From Eledone cirrhosa (taxonomy: Eukaryota), in contig OZ024742.1 of NCBI GenBank assembly GCA_964016885.1, forward strand, positions 338,892,001-338,956,000: 64,000 bases of DNA, read 5' to 3'. The notes under the pieces are model-generated. The model worked only from the letters and a program-made list of their open reading frames with translations, was not told the origin of the DNA and made no database searches. Positions 41,501-56,500 of the stretch are shown piece by piece. The position numbers were made by a program, and so were the translations under genes. Position 1 is the stretch's first letter, and the number at the start of each line of letters is the position of its first letter.

Positions 41501-44500
41501 TGGTGTCCTAATGATAAGGTTTCTAGTAGTCCCATGTTTTATGGTGTTCTAATGATAAGGTCCCTAGTAGTATCATGTTTTATATGGTGTTCTAATGATA
41601 AGGTCTGTAGGAGTCCCATGTTTTATGGTGTCCTAACGATAAGGTGTCTAGTAGTCCCATGTTTTATGGTGTCCTAATGATAAGGTTTCTAGTAGTCCCA
41701 TGTTGTATGCTGTCCTAATGATAAGGTCTCTAGTAGTCCCATGTTTTATGGTGTTATAATGGTAAGGTCTGTAGTAGTCCCATGTTTTATGATGTCCTAA
41801 TGATAAGGTTTCTAGTAGTCCCATGTTTTATGGTGTCCTAACGATAAGGTTTCTAGTAGTCCCTTGTTTTATGGTGTCCTAATGATAAGGTTTCTAGTAG
41901 TCCCATGTTTTATGGTGTCCTAATGATAAGGTCCCTAATAGTATCATGTTTTATATGGTGTCCTAATGATAAGGTCTGTAGTAGTCCCATGTTTTATAGT
42001 GTCCTAATGAGAAGGTCTCTAGTAGTCCCATGTTTTATGGTATCCTAATAATGAGGTCTGTAGTAGTCCATTGTTTACTGGTGTCCTAATGATAGGGTCT
42101 CTAGTAGTATCAAGTTTTATGGTGTCCTAATGATAAGGTCTCTAGTATTATCATGTTTTATGGTGTCCTAATGATAAGGTCTCTAATAGTCCCATGTTTT
42201 ATGGCGTCCTAATGATAAGGTCCCTAGCAGTATCATGTTTTATATGGTGTCCTTAGTATAAGGTCTCCAGTAGTCCCATGTTTTATGGTGTCCTAATGAT
42301 AAGGTCCCTAGTAGTATTATGTTTTATAGGGTGTTCTAATGATAAGGTCTGTAGTAGTCCCATGTTTTATGGTATCCTAATGATAAGATTTCTAGTAGTC
42401 CCATGTTTTATGGTGTCCTAATGATAAGGTTTCTAGTAGTCCCATTTTTTATGGTGTCCTAATGATAAGGTTTCTAGTAGTCCCATGTTTTATGCTGTCC
42501 TAATGATAGTGTCTCTAGTAGTCCCATGTTTTATGGTGTTCTAATGGTAAGGTCTGTAGTAGTCCCATGTTTTATGGTGTCCTAATGATAAGGTTTCTAG
42601 TAGTCCCATGTTTTATGGTGTCCTAATGATAAGGTCTCTGGTAGCCCCATGTTTTATGGTGTCCTAATGATAAGGTTTCTAGTAGTCCCATGTTTTATGC
42701 TGTCCTAATGATAGGGTCTCTAGTAGTCCCATGTTTTATGGTGTTCTAATGATAAGGTCCCTAGTAGTCCCATGTTTTATGGTGTCCTAATGATAAGGTT
42801 TCTAGTAGTCCCATGTTTTATTTGGTGTCCTAATGATAAGGTCTGTAGTAGTCCCATGTTTTATGGTGTCCTAATGATAAGGTTTCTCGTATTCCCATGT
42901 TTTATGCTGTCCTAATGATAGGGTCTCTAGTAGTCCCATGTTTTATGGTGTTCTAATGATAAGGTCCCTAGTAGTCCCATGTTTTATGGTGTCCTAATGA
43001 TAAGGTTTCTAGTAGTCCCATGTTTTATGGTGTCCTAATGACAAGGTCCCTAGTAGTATCATGTTTTATATGGTGTCCTAATGATAAGGTCTGTAGTAGT
43101 CCCATGTTTTATGGTGTCCTAATGATACGGTTTCTAGTAGTCTCATGTTTTATGCTGTCCTAATGATAGGGTCTCTAGTAGTCCCATGTTTTATGGTGTT
43201 CTAATGATAAGGTCCCTAGTAGTATCAAGTTTTATATGGTGTTCTAATGATAAGGTCTGTAGTAGTCCCATGTTTTATATGGTGTCCTAATGATAAGGTT
43301 TCTAGTAGTCCAATGTTTTATGGTGTTCTAATGATAAGGTCCCTAGTAGCATCATGTTTTATATGGTGTTCTAATGATAAGGTCTGTAGTAGTCCCATGT
43401 TTTATATGGTGTCCTAATGATAAGGTTTCTAGTAGTCCAATGTTTTATGGTGTTCTAATGATAAGGTCCCTAATAGTATCATGTTTTATATGGTGTTCTA
43501 ATGATAAGGTCTGTAGTAGTCCCATGTTTTATGGTGTCCTAACGATAAGGTGTCTAGTAGTCCCATGTTTTATGGTGTCCTAATGATAAGGTTTCTAATA
43601 GTCCCATGTTGTATGCTGTCCTAATGATAAGGTCTCTAGTAGTCCCATGTTTTATGGTGTTATAATGGTAAGGTCTGTAGTAGTCCCATGTTTTATGATG
43701 TCCTAATGATAAGGTTTCTAGTATTCCCATGTTTTATGGTGTCCTAACGATACGGTTTCTAGTAGTCCCTTGTTTTATGGTGTCCTAATGATAAGGTTTC
43801 TAGTAGTCCCATGTTTTATGGTGTCCTAATGATAAGGTCCCTAGTAGTATCATGTTTTATATGGTGTCCTAATGATAAGGTCTGTAGTAGTCCCATGTTT
43901 TATAGTGTCCTCATGATTAGGTCTCTAGTAGTCCCATGTTTTATGGTGTTATAATGGTAAGGTCTGTAGTAGTCCCATGTTTTATGGTGTCCTAATGATA
44001 AGGTTTCCAGTAGTCCCATGTTTTATGGTGTCCTAATGATAAGGTTTCTAGTAGTCCCTTGTTTTATGGTGTCCTAATGATAAGGTTTCTAGTAGTCCCA
44101 TGTTTTATGGTGTCCTAATGATAAGGTCCCTAGTAGTATCATGATTTATATGGTGTCCTAATGATAAGGTCTGTAGTAGTCCCGTGTTTTATAGTGTCCT
44201 AATGATAAGGTCTCTAGTAGTCCCATGTTTTATGGTATCCTAATGATGAGGTCTGTAGTAGTCCCATGTTTACTGGTGTCCTAATGATAAGGTTTCTAGT
44301 AGTCCCATGTTTTATGCTGTCCTAATGATAGGGTCTCTAGTAGTCCCATGTTTTATGGTGTTCTAATGATAAGGTCCCTAGTAGTATCATGTTTTATATG
44401 GTGTTCTAATGATAAGGTCTGTAGTAGTCCCATGTTTTGTATGGTGTCCTAATGATAAGGTTTCTAGTAGTCCCATGTTTTATGGTGTTCTAATGATAAG

Positions 44501-47500
44501 GTCACTAGTAGTATCATGTTTTATATGGTGTTCTAATGATAAGGTCTGTAGTAGTCCCATGTTTTATGGTGTCCTAACGACAAGGTTTCTAGTAGTCCCA
44601 TGTTTTATGGTGTCCTAATGATAAGGTTTCTAGTAGTCCCATGTTTTATGCTGTTCTAATGATAAGGTCTCTAGTAGTCCCATCTTTTATGGTGTTATAA
44701 TGGTAAGGTCTGTAGTAGGCCCATGTTTTATGATGTCCTAATGATAAGGTTTCTAGTAGTCCCGTGTTTTATGGTGTCCTAATGATAAGGTTTCTAGTAG
44801 TCCCTTGTTTTATGGTGTCCTAATGATAAGGTTTCTAGTAGTTCCATGTTTTATGGTGTCCTAATGATAAGGTCCCTAGTAGTATCATGTTTTATATGGT
44901 GTCCTAATGATAAGGTCTGTAGTAGTCCCATGTTTATAGTGTCCTAATGATAAGGTCTCTAGTAGTCCCATGTTTTATGGTATCCTAATGATGAGGTCTG
45001 TAGTAGTCCCATGTTTACTGGTGTCCTAATGATAGGGTCTCTAGTAGTATCAAGTTTTATGGTGTCCTAATGATAAGGTCTCTAGTGGTATCATGTTTTA
45101 TAGTGTCCTAATGATAACGTCTCTCGTAGTCCCATGTTTTATGGTGTCCTACTGATAAGGTCTCTAGTATTATCATGTTTTATGGTGTCCTAATGATAAG
45201 GTCTCTAATAGTCCCATGTTTTATGGCGTCCTAATGATAAGGTCCCTAGTAGTATCAAGTTTTATATGGTGTTCTAATGATAAGGTCTGTAGTAGTCCCA
45301 TGTTTTATGGTGTCCTAATGATAATGTCTCTAGTAGTCCCATGTTTTATGGTGTCCTAATGATAAGCTTTCTAGTAGTCCCATGTTTTATGGGGTCCTAA
45401 TGATAAGGTTTCTAGTAGTCCCATGTTTTATGCTGTCCTAATGATAGGGTCTCCAGTAGTCCCATGTTTTATGGTGTCCTAATGATAAGGTCTCTAGTAG
45501 TCCATGATTTATGGTGTCCTAATGATAAAGTCCCTAGTAGTATCATGTTTTATATGGTGTTCTAATGATAAGGTCTGTAGTAGTCCCATGATTTATGGTG
45601 TCCTAATGATGGGGTCTCTAGTAGTATCAAGTTTTATGGTGTCCTAATGATAAGGTCACTAGTGGTATCATGTTTTATGGTGTCCTAATGATAAGGTCTC
45701 TAGTAGTCCCATGTGTTACGGTGTCCTAATGATAAGGTCACTAGTATCATTAGGTTTTATGGTGTCCTAATGATAAGGTCTCTAATAGTCCCATGTTTTA
45801 TGGCGTCCTAATGATAAGGTGCCTAACAGTATCATGTTTTATATGGTGTCCTAATGATAAGGTCTCCAGTAGTCCCATGTTTTATGGTGTCCTAATGATA
45901 AGGTCCCTAGTAGTATTATGTTTTATAGGGTGTTCTAATGATAAGGTCTGTAGTAGTCCCATGTTTTATGGTATCCTAATGATAAGATTTCTAGTAGTCC
46001 CATGTTTTATGGTGTCCTAATGATGATGTTTCTAGTAGTCCCATTTTTTATGGTGTCCTAATGATAAGGTTTCTAGTAGTCCCATGTTTTATGCTGTCCT
46101 AATGATAAGGTCTCTAGTAGTCCCATGTTTTATGGAGTTATAATGGTAAGGTCTGTAGTAGTGCCATGTTTTATGGTGTCCTAATGATAAGGTTTCTAGT
46201 AGTCCCATGTTTTATGGTGTCCTAATGATAAGGTTTCTAGTCGTCCCATGTTTTATGCTGTCCTAATGATAGGGTTTCTAGTAGTCCCATGTTTTATGGT
46301 GTTCTAATGATAAGGTCCCTAGTAGTATCATGTTTTATATGGTGTTCTAATGATAAGGTCTGTAGTAGTCCCATGTTTTATATGGTGTCCTAATGATAAG
46401 GTTTCTAGTAGTCCCATGTTTTATGGTGTTCTAATGATAAGGTCCCTAGTAGTATCATGTTTTATATGGTGTTCTAATGATAAGGTCTCTAGTAGTCCCA
46501 TGTTTTATGGTGTTCTAACGATAAGGTGTCTAGTAGTCCCATGTTTTATGGTGTCCTAATGATAAGGTTTCTAGTAGTCCCATGTTTTATATGGTGTCCT
46601 AATGATAAGGTCTGTAGTAGTCCCATGTTTTATGGTGTCCTAATGATAAGGTTTCTAGTATTCCCATGTTTTATGCTGTCCTAATGATAGGGTCTCTAGT
46701 AGTCCCATGTTTTATGGTGTTCTAATGATAAGGTCCCTTGTAGTCCCATGTTTTATGGTGTCCTAATGATAAGGTTTCTAGTAGTCCCATGTTTTATGGT
46801 GTCCTAATGACAAGGTCCCTAGTAGTATCATGTTTTATATGGTGTCCTAATGATAAGGTCTGTAGTAGTCCCATGTTTATGGTGTCCTAATGATACGGTT
46901 TCTAGTAGTCCCATGTTTTATGCTGTCCTAATGATAGGGTCTCTAGTAGTCCCATGTTTTATGGTGTTCTAATGATAAGGTCCCTAGTAGTATCAAGTTT
47001 TATATGGTGTTCTAATGATAAGGTCTGTAGTAGTCCCATGTTTTATATGGTGTCCTAATGATAAGGTTTCTAGTAGTCCAATGTTTTATGGTGTTCTAAT
47101 GATAAGGTCCCTAGTAGCATCATGTTTTATATGGTGTTCTAATGATAAGGTCTGTAGTAGTCCCATGTTTTATGGTGTCCTAATGATAATGTCTCTAGTA
47201 GTCCCATGTTTTATGGTGTCCTAATGATAAGCTTTCTAGTAGTCCCATGTTTTATGGGGTCCTAATGATAAGGTTTCTAGTAGTCCCATGTTTTATGCTG
47301 TCCTAATGATAGGGTCTCCAGTAGTCCCATGTTTTATGGTGTCCTAATGATAAGGTCTCTAGTAGTCCATGATTTATGGTGTCCTAATGATAAAGTCCCT
47401 AGTAGTATCATGTTTTATATGGTGTTCTAATGATAAGGTCTGTAGTAGTCCCATGATTTATGGTGTCCTAATGATGGGGTCTCTAGTAGTATCAAGTTTT

Positions 47501-50500
47501 ATGGTGTCCTAATGATAAGGTCACTAGTGGTATCATGTTTTATGGTGTCCTAATGATAAGGTCTCTAGTAGTCCCATGTGTTACGGTGTCCTAATGATAA
47601 GGTCACTAGTATCATTAGGTTTTATGGTGTCCTAATGATAAGGTCTCTAATAGTCCCATGTTTTATGGCGTCCTAATGATAAGGTGCCTAACAGTATCAT
47701 GTTTTATATGGTGTCCTAATGATAAGGTCTCCAGTAGTCCCATGTTTTATGGTGTCCTAATGATAAGGTCCCTAGTAGTATTATGTTTTATAGGGTGTTC
47801 TAATGATAAGGTCTGTAGTAGTCCCATGTTTTATGGTATCCTAATGATAAGATTTCTAGTAGTCCCATGTTTTATGGTGTCCTAATGATGATGTTTCTAG
47901 TAGTCCCATTTTTTATGGTGTCCTAATGATAAGGTTTCTAGTAGTCCCATGTTTTATGCTGTCCTAATGATAAGGTCTCTAGTAGTCCCATGTTTTATGG
48001 AGTTATAATGGTAAGGTCTGTAGTAGTGCCATGTTTTATGGTGTCCTAATGATAAGGTTTCTAGTAGTCCCATGTTTTATGGTGTCCTAATGATAAGGTT
48101 TCTAGTCGTCCCATGTTTTATGCTGTCCTAATGATAGGGTTTCTAGTAGTCCCATGTTTTATGGTGTTCTAATGATAAGGTCCCTAGTAGTATCATGTTT
48201 TATATGGTGTTCTAATGATAAGGTCTGTAGTAGTCCCATGTTTTATATGGTGTCCTAATGATAAGGTTTCTAGTAGTCCCATGTTTTATGGTGTTCTAAT
48301 GATAAGGTCCCTAGTAGTATCATGTTTTATATGGTGTTCTAATGATAAGGTCTCTAGTAGTCCCATGTTTTATGGTGTTCTAACGATAAGGTGTCTAGTA
48401 GTCCCATGTTTTATGGTGTCCTAATGATAAGGTTTCTAGTAGTCCCATGTTTTATATGGTGTCCTAATGATAAGGTCTGTAGTAGTCCCATGTTTTATGG
48501 TGTCCTAATGATAAGGTTTCTAGTATTCCCATGTTTTATGCTGTCCTAATGATAGGGTCTCTAGTAGTCCCATGTTTTATGGTGTTCTAATGATAAGGTC
48601 CCTTGTAGTCCCATGTTTTATGGTGTCCTAATGATAAGGTTTCTAGTAGTCCCATGTTTTATGGTGTCCTAATGACAAGGTCCCTAGTAGTATCATGTTT
48701 TATATGGTGTCCTAATGATAAGGTCTGTAGTAGTCCCATGTTTATGGTGTCCTAATGATACGGTTTCTAGTAGTCCCATGTTTTATGCTGTCCTAATGAT
48801 AGGGTCTCTAGTAGTCCCATGTTTTATGGTGTTCTAATGATAAGGTCCCTAGTAGTATCAAGTTTTATATGGTGTTCTAATGATAAGGTCTGTAGTAGTC
48901 CCATGTTTTATATGGTGTCCTAATGATAAGGTTTCTAGTAGTCCAATGTTTTATGGTGTTCTAATGATAAGGTCCCTAGTAGCATCATGTTTTATATGGT
49001 GTTCTAATGATAAGGTCTGTAGTAGTCCCATGTTTTATATGGTGTCCTAATGATAAGGTTTCTAGTAGTCCAATGTTTTATGGTGTTCTAATGATAAGGT
49101 CCCTAATAGTATCATGTTTTATATGGTGTTCTAATGATAAGGTCTGTAGTAGTCCCATGTTTTATGGTGTCCTAACGATAAGGTGTCTAGTAGTCCCATG
49201 TTTTATGGTGTCCTAATGATAAGGTTTCTAATAGTCCCATGTTGTATGCTGTCCTAATGATAAGGTCTCTAGTAGTCCCATGTTTTATGGTGTTATAATG
49301 GTAAGGTCTGTAGTAGTCCCATGTTTTATGATGTCCTAATGATAAGGTTTCTAGTAGTCCCATGTTTTATGGTGTCCTAACGATAAGGTTTCTAGTAGTC
49401 CCTTGTTTTATGGTGTCCTAATGATAAGGTTTCTAGTAGTCCCATGTTTTATGGTGTCCTAATGATAAGGTCCCTAGTAGTATCATGTTTTATATGGTGT
49501 CCTAATGATAAGGTCTGTAGTAGTCCCATGTTTTATAGTGTCCTCATGATTAGGTCTCTAGTAGTCCCATGTTTTATGGTGTTATAATGGTAAGGTCTGT
49601 AGTAGTCCCATCTTTTATGGTGTCCTAATGATAAGGTTTCCAGTAGTCCCATGTTTTATGGTGTCCTAATGATAAGGTTTCTAGTAGTCCCTTGTTTTAT
49701 GGTGTCCTAATGATAAGGTTTCGAGTAGTCCCATGTTTTATGGTGTCCTAATGATAAGGTCCCTAGTAGTATCATGATTTATATGGTGTCCTAATGATAA
49801 GGTTTGTAGTAGTCCCGTGTTTTATAGTGTCCTAATGATAAGGTCTCTAGTAGTCCCATGTTTTATGGTATCCTAATGATGAGGTCTGTAGTAGTCCCAT
49901 GTTTACTGGTGTCCTAATGATAGGGTCTCTAGTAGTATCAAGTTTTATGGTGTCCTAATGATAAGGTTTCTAGTAGTCCCATGTTTTATGGTGTCCTAAT
50001 GATAAGGTTTCTAGTAGTCCCATGTTTTATGCTGTCCTAATGATAAGGTCTCTAGTAGTCCCATGTTTTATGGTGTCCTAATGATAAGGTTTCTAATAGT
50101 CCCATGTTGTATGCTGTCCTAATGATAAGGTCTCTAGTAGTCCCATGTTTTATGGTGTTATAATGGTAAGGTCTGTAGTAGTCCCATGTTTTATGATGTC
50201 CTAATGATAAGGTTTCTAGTAGTCCCATGTTTTATGGTGTTCTAATGATAAGGTCACTAGTAGTATCATGTTTTATATGGTGTTCTAATGATAAGGTCTG
50301 TAGTAGTCCCATGTTTTATGGTGTCCTAACGACAAGGTTTCTAGTGGTCCCATGTTTTATGGTGTCCTAATGATAAGGTTTCTAGTAGTCCCATGTTTTA
50401 TGCTGTTCTAATGATAAGGTCTCTAGTAGTCCCATCTTTTATGGTGTTATAATGGTAAGGTCTGTAGTAGTCCCATGTTTTATGATGTCCTAATGATAAG

Positions 50501-53500
50501 GTTTCTAGTAGTCCCGTGTTTTATGGTGTCCTAATGATAAGGTTTCTAGTAGTCCCTTGTTTTATGGTGTCCTAATGATAAGGTTTCTAGTAGTTCCATG
50601 TTTTATGGTGTCCTAATGATAAGGTCCCTAGTAGTATCATGTTTTATATGGTGTCCTAATGATAAGGTCTGTAGTAGTCCCATGATTTATGGTGTCCTAA
50701 TGATGGGGTCTCTAGTAGTATCAAGTTTTATGGTGTCCTAATGATACGGTCACTAGTGGTATCATGTTTTATGGTGTCCTAATGATAAGGTCTCTAGTAG
50801 TCCCATGTTTTACGGTGTCCTAATGATAAGGTCACTAGTATCATTAGGTTTTATGGTGTCCTAATGATAAGGTCTCTAATAGTCCCATGTTTTATGGCGT
50901 CCTAATGATAAGGTGCCTAACAGTATCATGTTTTATATGGTGTCCTAATGATAAGGTCTCCAGTAGTCCCATGTTTTATGGTGTCCTAATGATAAGGTCC
51001 CTAGTAGTATTATGTTTTATAGGGTGTTCTAATGATAAGGTCTGTAGTAGTCCCATGTTTTATGGTATCCTAATGATAAGATTTCTAGTAGTCCCATGTT
51101 TTATGGTGTCCTAATGATGATGTTTCTAGTAGTCCCATTTTTTATGGTGTCCTAATGATAAGGTTTCTAGTAGTCCCATGTTTTATGCTGTCCTAATGAT
51201 AAGGTCTCTAGTAGTCCCATGTTTTATGGAGTTATAATGGTAAGGTCTGTAGTAGTGCCATGTTTTATGGTGTCCTAATGATAAGGTTTCTAGTAGTCCC
51301 ATGTTTTATGGTGTCCTAATGATAAGGTTTCTAGTCGTCCCATGTTTTATGCTGTCCTAATGATAGGGTTTCTAGTAGTCCCATGTTTTATGGTGTTCTA
51401 ATGATAAGGTCCCTAGTAGTATCATGTTTTATATGGTGTTCTAATGATAAGGTCTGTAGTAGTCCCATGTTTTATATGGTGTCCTAATGATAAGGTTTCT
51501 AGTAGTCCCATGTTTTATGGTGTTCTAATGATAAGGTCCCTAGTAGTATCATGTTTTATATGGTGTTCTAATGATAAGGTCTCTAGTAGTCCCATGTTTT
51601 ATGGTGTTCTAACGATAAGGTGTCTAGTAGTCCCATGTTTTATGGTGTCCTCTTGATAAGGTTTCTAGTAGTCCCATGTTTTATATGGTGTCCTAATGAT
51701 CAGGTCTGTAGTAGTCCCATGTTTTATGGTGTCCTAATGATAAGGTTTCTAGTATTCCCATGTTTTATGCTGTCCTAATGATAGGGTCTCTAGTAGTCCC
51801 ATGTTTTATGGTGTTCTATTGATAAGGTCCCTAGTAGTCCCATGTTTTATGGTGTCCTAATGATAAGGTTTCTAGTAGTCCCATGTTTTATGGTGTCCTA
51901 ATGACAAGGTCCCTAGTAGTATCATGTTTTATATGGTGTCCTAATGATAAGGTCTGTAGTAGTCCCATGTTTTATGGTGTCCTAATGATACGGTTTCTAG
52001 TAGTCCCATGTTTTATGCTGTCCTAATGATAGGGTCTCTAGTAGTCCCATGTTTTATGGTGTTCTAATGATAAGGTCCCTAGTAGTATCAAGTTTTATAT
52101 GGTGTTCTAATGATAAGGTCTGTAGTAGTCCCATGTTTTATATGGTGTCCTAATGATAAGGTTTCTAGTAGTCCAATGTTTTATGGTGTTCTAATGATAA
52201 GGTTCCTAGTAGCATCATGTTTTATATGGTGTTCTAATGATAAGGTCTGTAGTAGTCCCATGTTTTATATGGTGTCCTAATGATAAGGTTTCTAGTAGTC
52301 CAATGTTTTATGGTGTTCTAATGATAAGGTCCCTAATAGTATCATGTTTTATATGGTGTTCTAATGATAAGGTCTGTAGTAGTCCCATGTTTTATGGTGT
52401 CCTAACGATAAGGTGTCTAGTAGTCCCATGTTTTATGGTGTCCTAATGATAAGGTTTCTAATAGTCCCATGTTGTATGCTGTCCTAATGATAAGGTCTCT
52501 AGTAGTCCCATGTTTTATGGTGTTATAATGGTAAGGTCTGTAGTAGTCCCATGTTTTATGATGTCCTAATGATAAGGTTTCTAGTAGTCCCATGTTTTAT
52601 GGTGTCCTAACGATAAGGTTTCTAGTAGTCCCTTGTTTTATGGTGTCCTAATGATAAGGTTTCTAGTAGTCCCATGTTTTATGGTGTCCTAATGATAAGG
52701 TCCCTAGTAGTATCATGTTTTATATGGTGTCCTAATGATAAGGTCTGTAGTAGTCCCATGTTTTATAGTGTCCTCATGATTAGGTCTCTAGTAGTCCCAT
52801 GTTTTATGGTGTTATAATGGTAAGGTCTGTAGTAGTCCCATGTTTTATGGTGTCCTAATGATAAGGTTTCCAGTAGTCCCATGTTTTATGGTGTCCTAAT
52901 GATAAGGTTTCTAGTAGTCCCTTGTTTTATGGTGTCCTAATGATAAGGTTTCTAGTAGTCCCATGTTTTATGGTGTCCTAATGATAAGGTCCCTAGTAGT
53001 ATCATGATTTATATGGTGTCCTAATGATAAGGTTTGTAGTAGTCCCGTGTTTTATAGTGTCCTAATGATAAGGTCTCTAGTAGTCCCATGTTTTATGGTA
53101 TCCTAATGATGAGGTCTGTAGTAGTCCCATGTTTACTGGTGTCCTAATGATAGGGTCTCTAGTAGTATCAAGTTTTATGGTGTCCTAATGATAAGGTTTC
53201 TATTAGTCCCATGTTTTATGGTGTCCTAATGATAAGGTTTCTAGTAGTCCCATGTTTTATGCTGTCCTAATGATAAGGTCTCTAGTAGTCCCATGTTTTA
53301 TGGTGTTATAATGGTAAGGTCTGTAGTAGTCCCATGTTTTATGGTGTCCTAATGATAAGGTTTCTAGTAGTCCCATGTTTTATGGTGTCCTAATGATAAG
53401 GTTTCTAGTAGTGCCATGTTTTATGCTGTCCTAATGATAGGGTCTCTAGTAGTCCCATGTTTTATGGTGTTCTAATGATAAGGTCCCTAGTAGTATCATG

Positions 53501-56500
53501 TTTTATATGGTGTTCTAATGATAAGGTCTGTAGTAGTCCCATGTTTTGTATGGTGTCCTAATGATAAGGTTTCTAGTAGTCCCATGTTTTATGGTGTTCT
53601 AATGATAAGGTCACTAGTAGTCCCATCTTTTATGGTGTTATAATGGTAAGGTCTGTAGTAGTCCCATGTTTTATGATGTCCTAATGATAAGGTTTCTAGT
53701 AGTCCCGTGTTTTATGGTGTCCTAATGATAAGGTTTCTAGTAGTCCCTTGTTTTATGGTGTCCTAATGATAAGGTTTCTAGTAGTTCCATGTTTTATGGT
53801 GTCCTAATGATAAGGTCCCTAGTAGTATCATGTTTTATATGGTGTCCTAATGATAAGGTCTCTAGTAGTCCCATGTTTTATGGTATCCTAATGATGAGGT
53901 CTGTAGTAGTCCCATGTTTACTGGTGTCCTAATGATAGGGTCTCTAGTAGTATCAAGTTTTATGGTGTCCTAATGATAAGGTCTCTAGTGGTATCATGTT
54001 TTATAGTGTCCTAATGATAACGTCTCTCGTAGTCCCATGTTTTATGGTGTCCTACTGATAACGTCTCTAGTATTATCATGTTTTATGGTGTCCTAATGAT
54101 AAGGTCTCTAATAGTCCCATGTTTTATGGCGTCCTAATGATAAGGTCCCTAGTAGTATCATGTTTTATATGGTGTTCTAATGATAAGGTCTGTAGTAGTC
54201 CCATGTTTTATGGTGTCCTAATGATAATGTCTCTAGTAGTCCCATGTTTTATGGTGTCCTAATGATAAGCTTTCTAGTAGTCCCATGTTTTATGGTGTCC
54301 TAATGATAAGGTTTCTAGTAGTCCCATGTTTTATGCTGTCCTAATGATAGGGTCTCTAGTAGTCCCATGTTTTATGGTGTCCTAATGATAAGGTCTCTAG
54401 TAGTCCCATGATTTATGGTGTCCTAATGATAAAGTCCCTAGTAGTATCATGTTTTATATGGTGTTCTAATGATAAGGTCTGTAGTAGTCCCATGATTTAT
54501 GGTGTCCTAATGATGGGGTCTCTAGTAGTATCAAGTTTTATGGTGTCCTAATGATAAGGTCACTAGTGGTATCATGTTTTATGGTGTCCTAATGATAAGG
54601 TCTCTAGTAGTCCCATGTTCTACGGTGTCCTAATGATAAGGTCACTAGTATCATTAGGTTTTATGGTGTCCTAATGATAAGGTCTCTAATAGTCCCATGT
54701 TTTATGGCGTCCTAATGATAAGGTGCCTAACAGTATCATGTTTTATGCTGTCCTAATGATAGGGTCTCTAGTAGTCCCATGTTTTATGGTGTTCTAATGA
54801 TAAGGTCCCTAGTAGTATCATGTTTTATATGGTGTTCTAATGATAAGGTCTGTAGTAGTCCCATGTTTTGTATGGTGTCCTAATGATAAGGTTTCTAGTA
54901 GTCCCATGTTTTATGGTGTTCTAATGATAAGGTCACTAGTAGTATCATGTTTTATATGGTGTTCTAATGATAAGGTCTGTAGTAGTCCCATGTTTTATGG
55001 TGTCCTAACGACAAGGTTTCTAGTAGTCCCATGTTTTATGGTGTCCTAATGATAAGGTTTCTAGTAGTCCCATGTTTTATGCTGTTCTAATGATAAGGTC
55101 TCTAGTAGTCCCATCTTTTATGGTGTTATAATGGTAAGGTCTGTAGTAGTCCCATGTTTTATGATGTCCTAATGATAAGGTTTCTAGTAGTCCCGTGTTT
55201 TATGGTGTCCTAATGATAAGGTTTCTAGTAGTCCCTTGTTTTATGGTGTCCTAATGATAAGGTTTCTAGTAGTTCCATGTTTTATGGTGTCCTAATGATA
55301 AGGTCCCTAGTAGTATCATGTTTTATATGGTGTCCTAATGATAAGGTCTCTAGTAGTCCCATGTTTTATGGTATCCTAATGATGAGGTCTGTAGTAGTCC
55401 CATGTTTACTGGTGTCCTAATGATAGGGTCTCTAGTAGTATCAAGTTTTATGGTGTCCTAATGATAAGGTCTCTAGTGGTATCATGTTTTATAGTGTCCT
55501 AATGATAACGTCTCTCGTAGTCCCATGTTTTATGGTGTCCTACTGATAAGGTCTCTAGTATTATCATGTTTTATGGTGTCCTAATGATAAGGTCTCTAAT
55601 AGTCCCATGTTTTATGGCGTCCTAATGATAAGGTCCCTAGTAGTATCATGTTTTATATGGTGTTCTAATGATAAGGTCTGTAGTAGTCCCATGTTTTATG
55701 GTGTCCTAATGATAATGTCTCTAGTAGTCCCATGTTTTATGGTGTCCTAATGATAAGCTTTCTAGTAGTCCCATGTTTTATGGTGTCCTAATGATAAGGT
55801 TTCTAGTAGTCCCATGTTTTATGCTGTCCTAATGATAGGGTCTCTAGTAGTCCCATGTTTTATGGTGTCCTAATGATAAGGTCTCTAGTAGTCCCATGAT
55901 TTATGGTGTCCTAATGATAAAGTCCCTAGTAGTATCATGTTTTATATGGTGTTCTAATGATAAGGTCTGTAGTAGTCCCATGATTTATGGTGTCCTAATG
56001 ATGGGGTCTCTAGTAGTATCAAGTTTTATGGTGTCCTAATGATAAGGTCACTAGTGGTATCATGTTTTATGGTGTCCTAATGATAAGGTCTCTAGTAGTC
56101 CCATGTTCTACGGTGTCCTAATGATAAGGTCACTAGTATCATTAGGTTTTATGGTGTCCTAATGATAAGGTCTCTAATAGTCCCATGTTTTATGGCGTCC
56201 TAATGATAAGGTGCCTAACAGTATCATGTTTTATATGGTGTCCTAATGATAAGGTCTCCAGTAGTCCCATGTTTTATGGTGTCCTAATGAAAAGGTCCCA
56301 GGTAGTATTATGTTTTATAGGGTGTTCTAATGATAAGGTCTGTAGTAGTCCCATGTTTTATGGTATCCTAATGATAAGGTTTCTAGTAGTCCCATGTTTT
56401 ATGGTGTCCAAATGATAAGGTTTCTAGTAGTCCCATGTTTTATGGTGTCCTAATGAGAAGGTTTGTCGTAGTCCCATGTTTTATGCTGTCCTAATGATAA

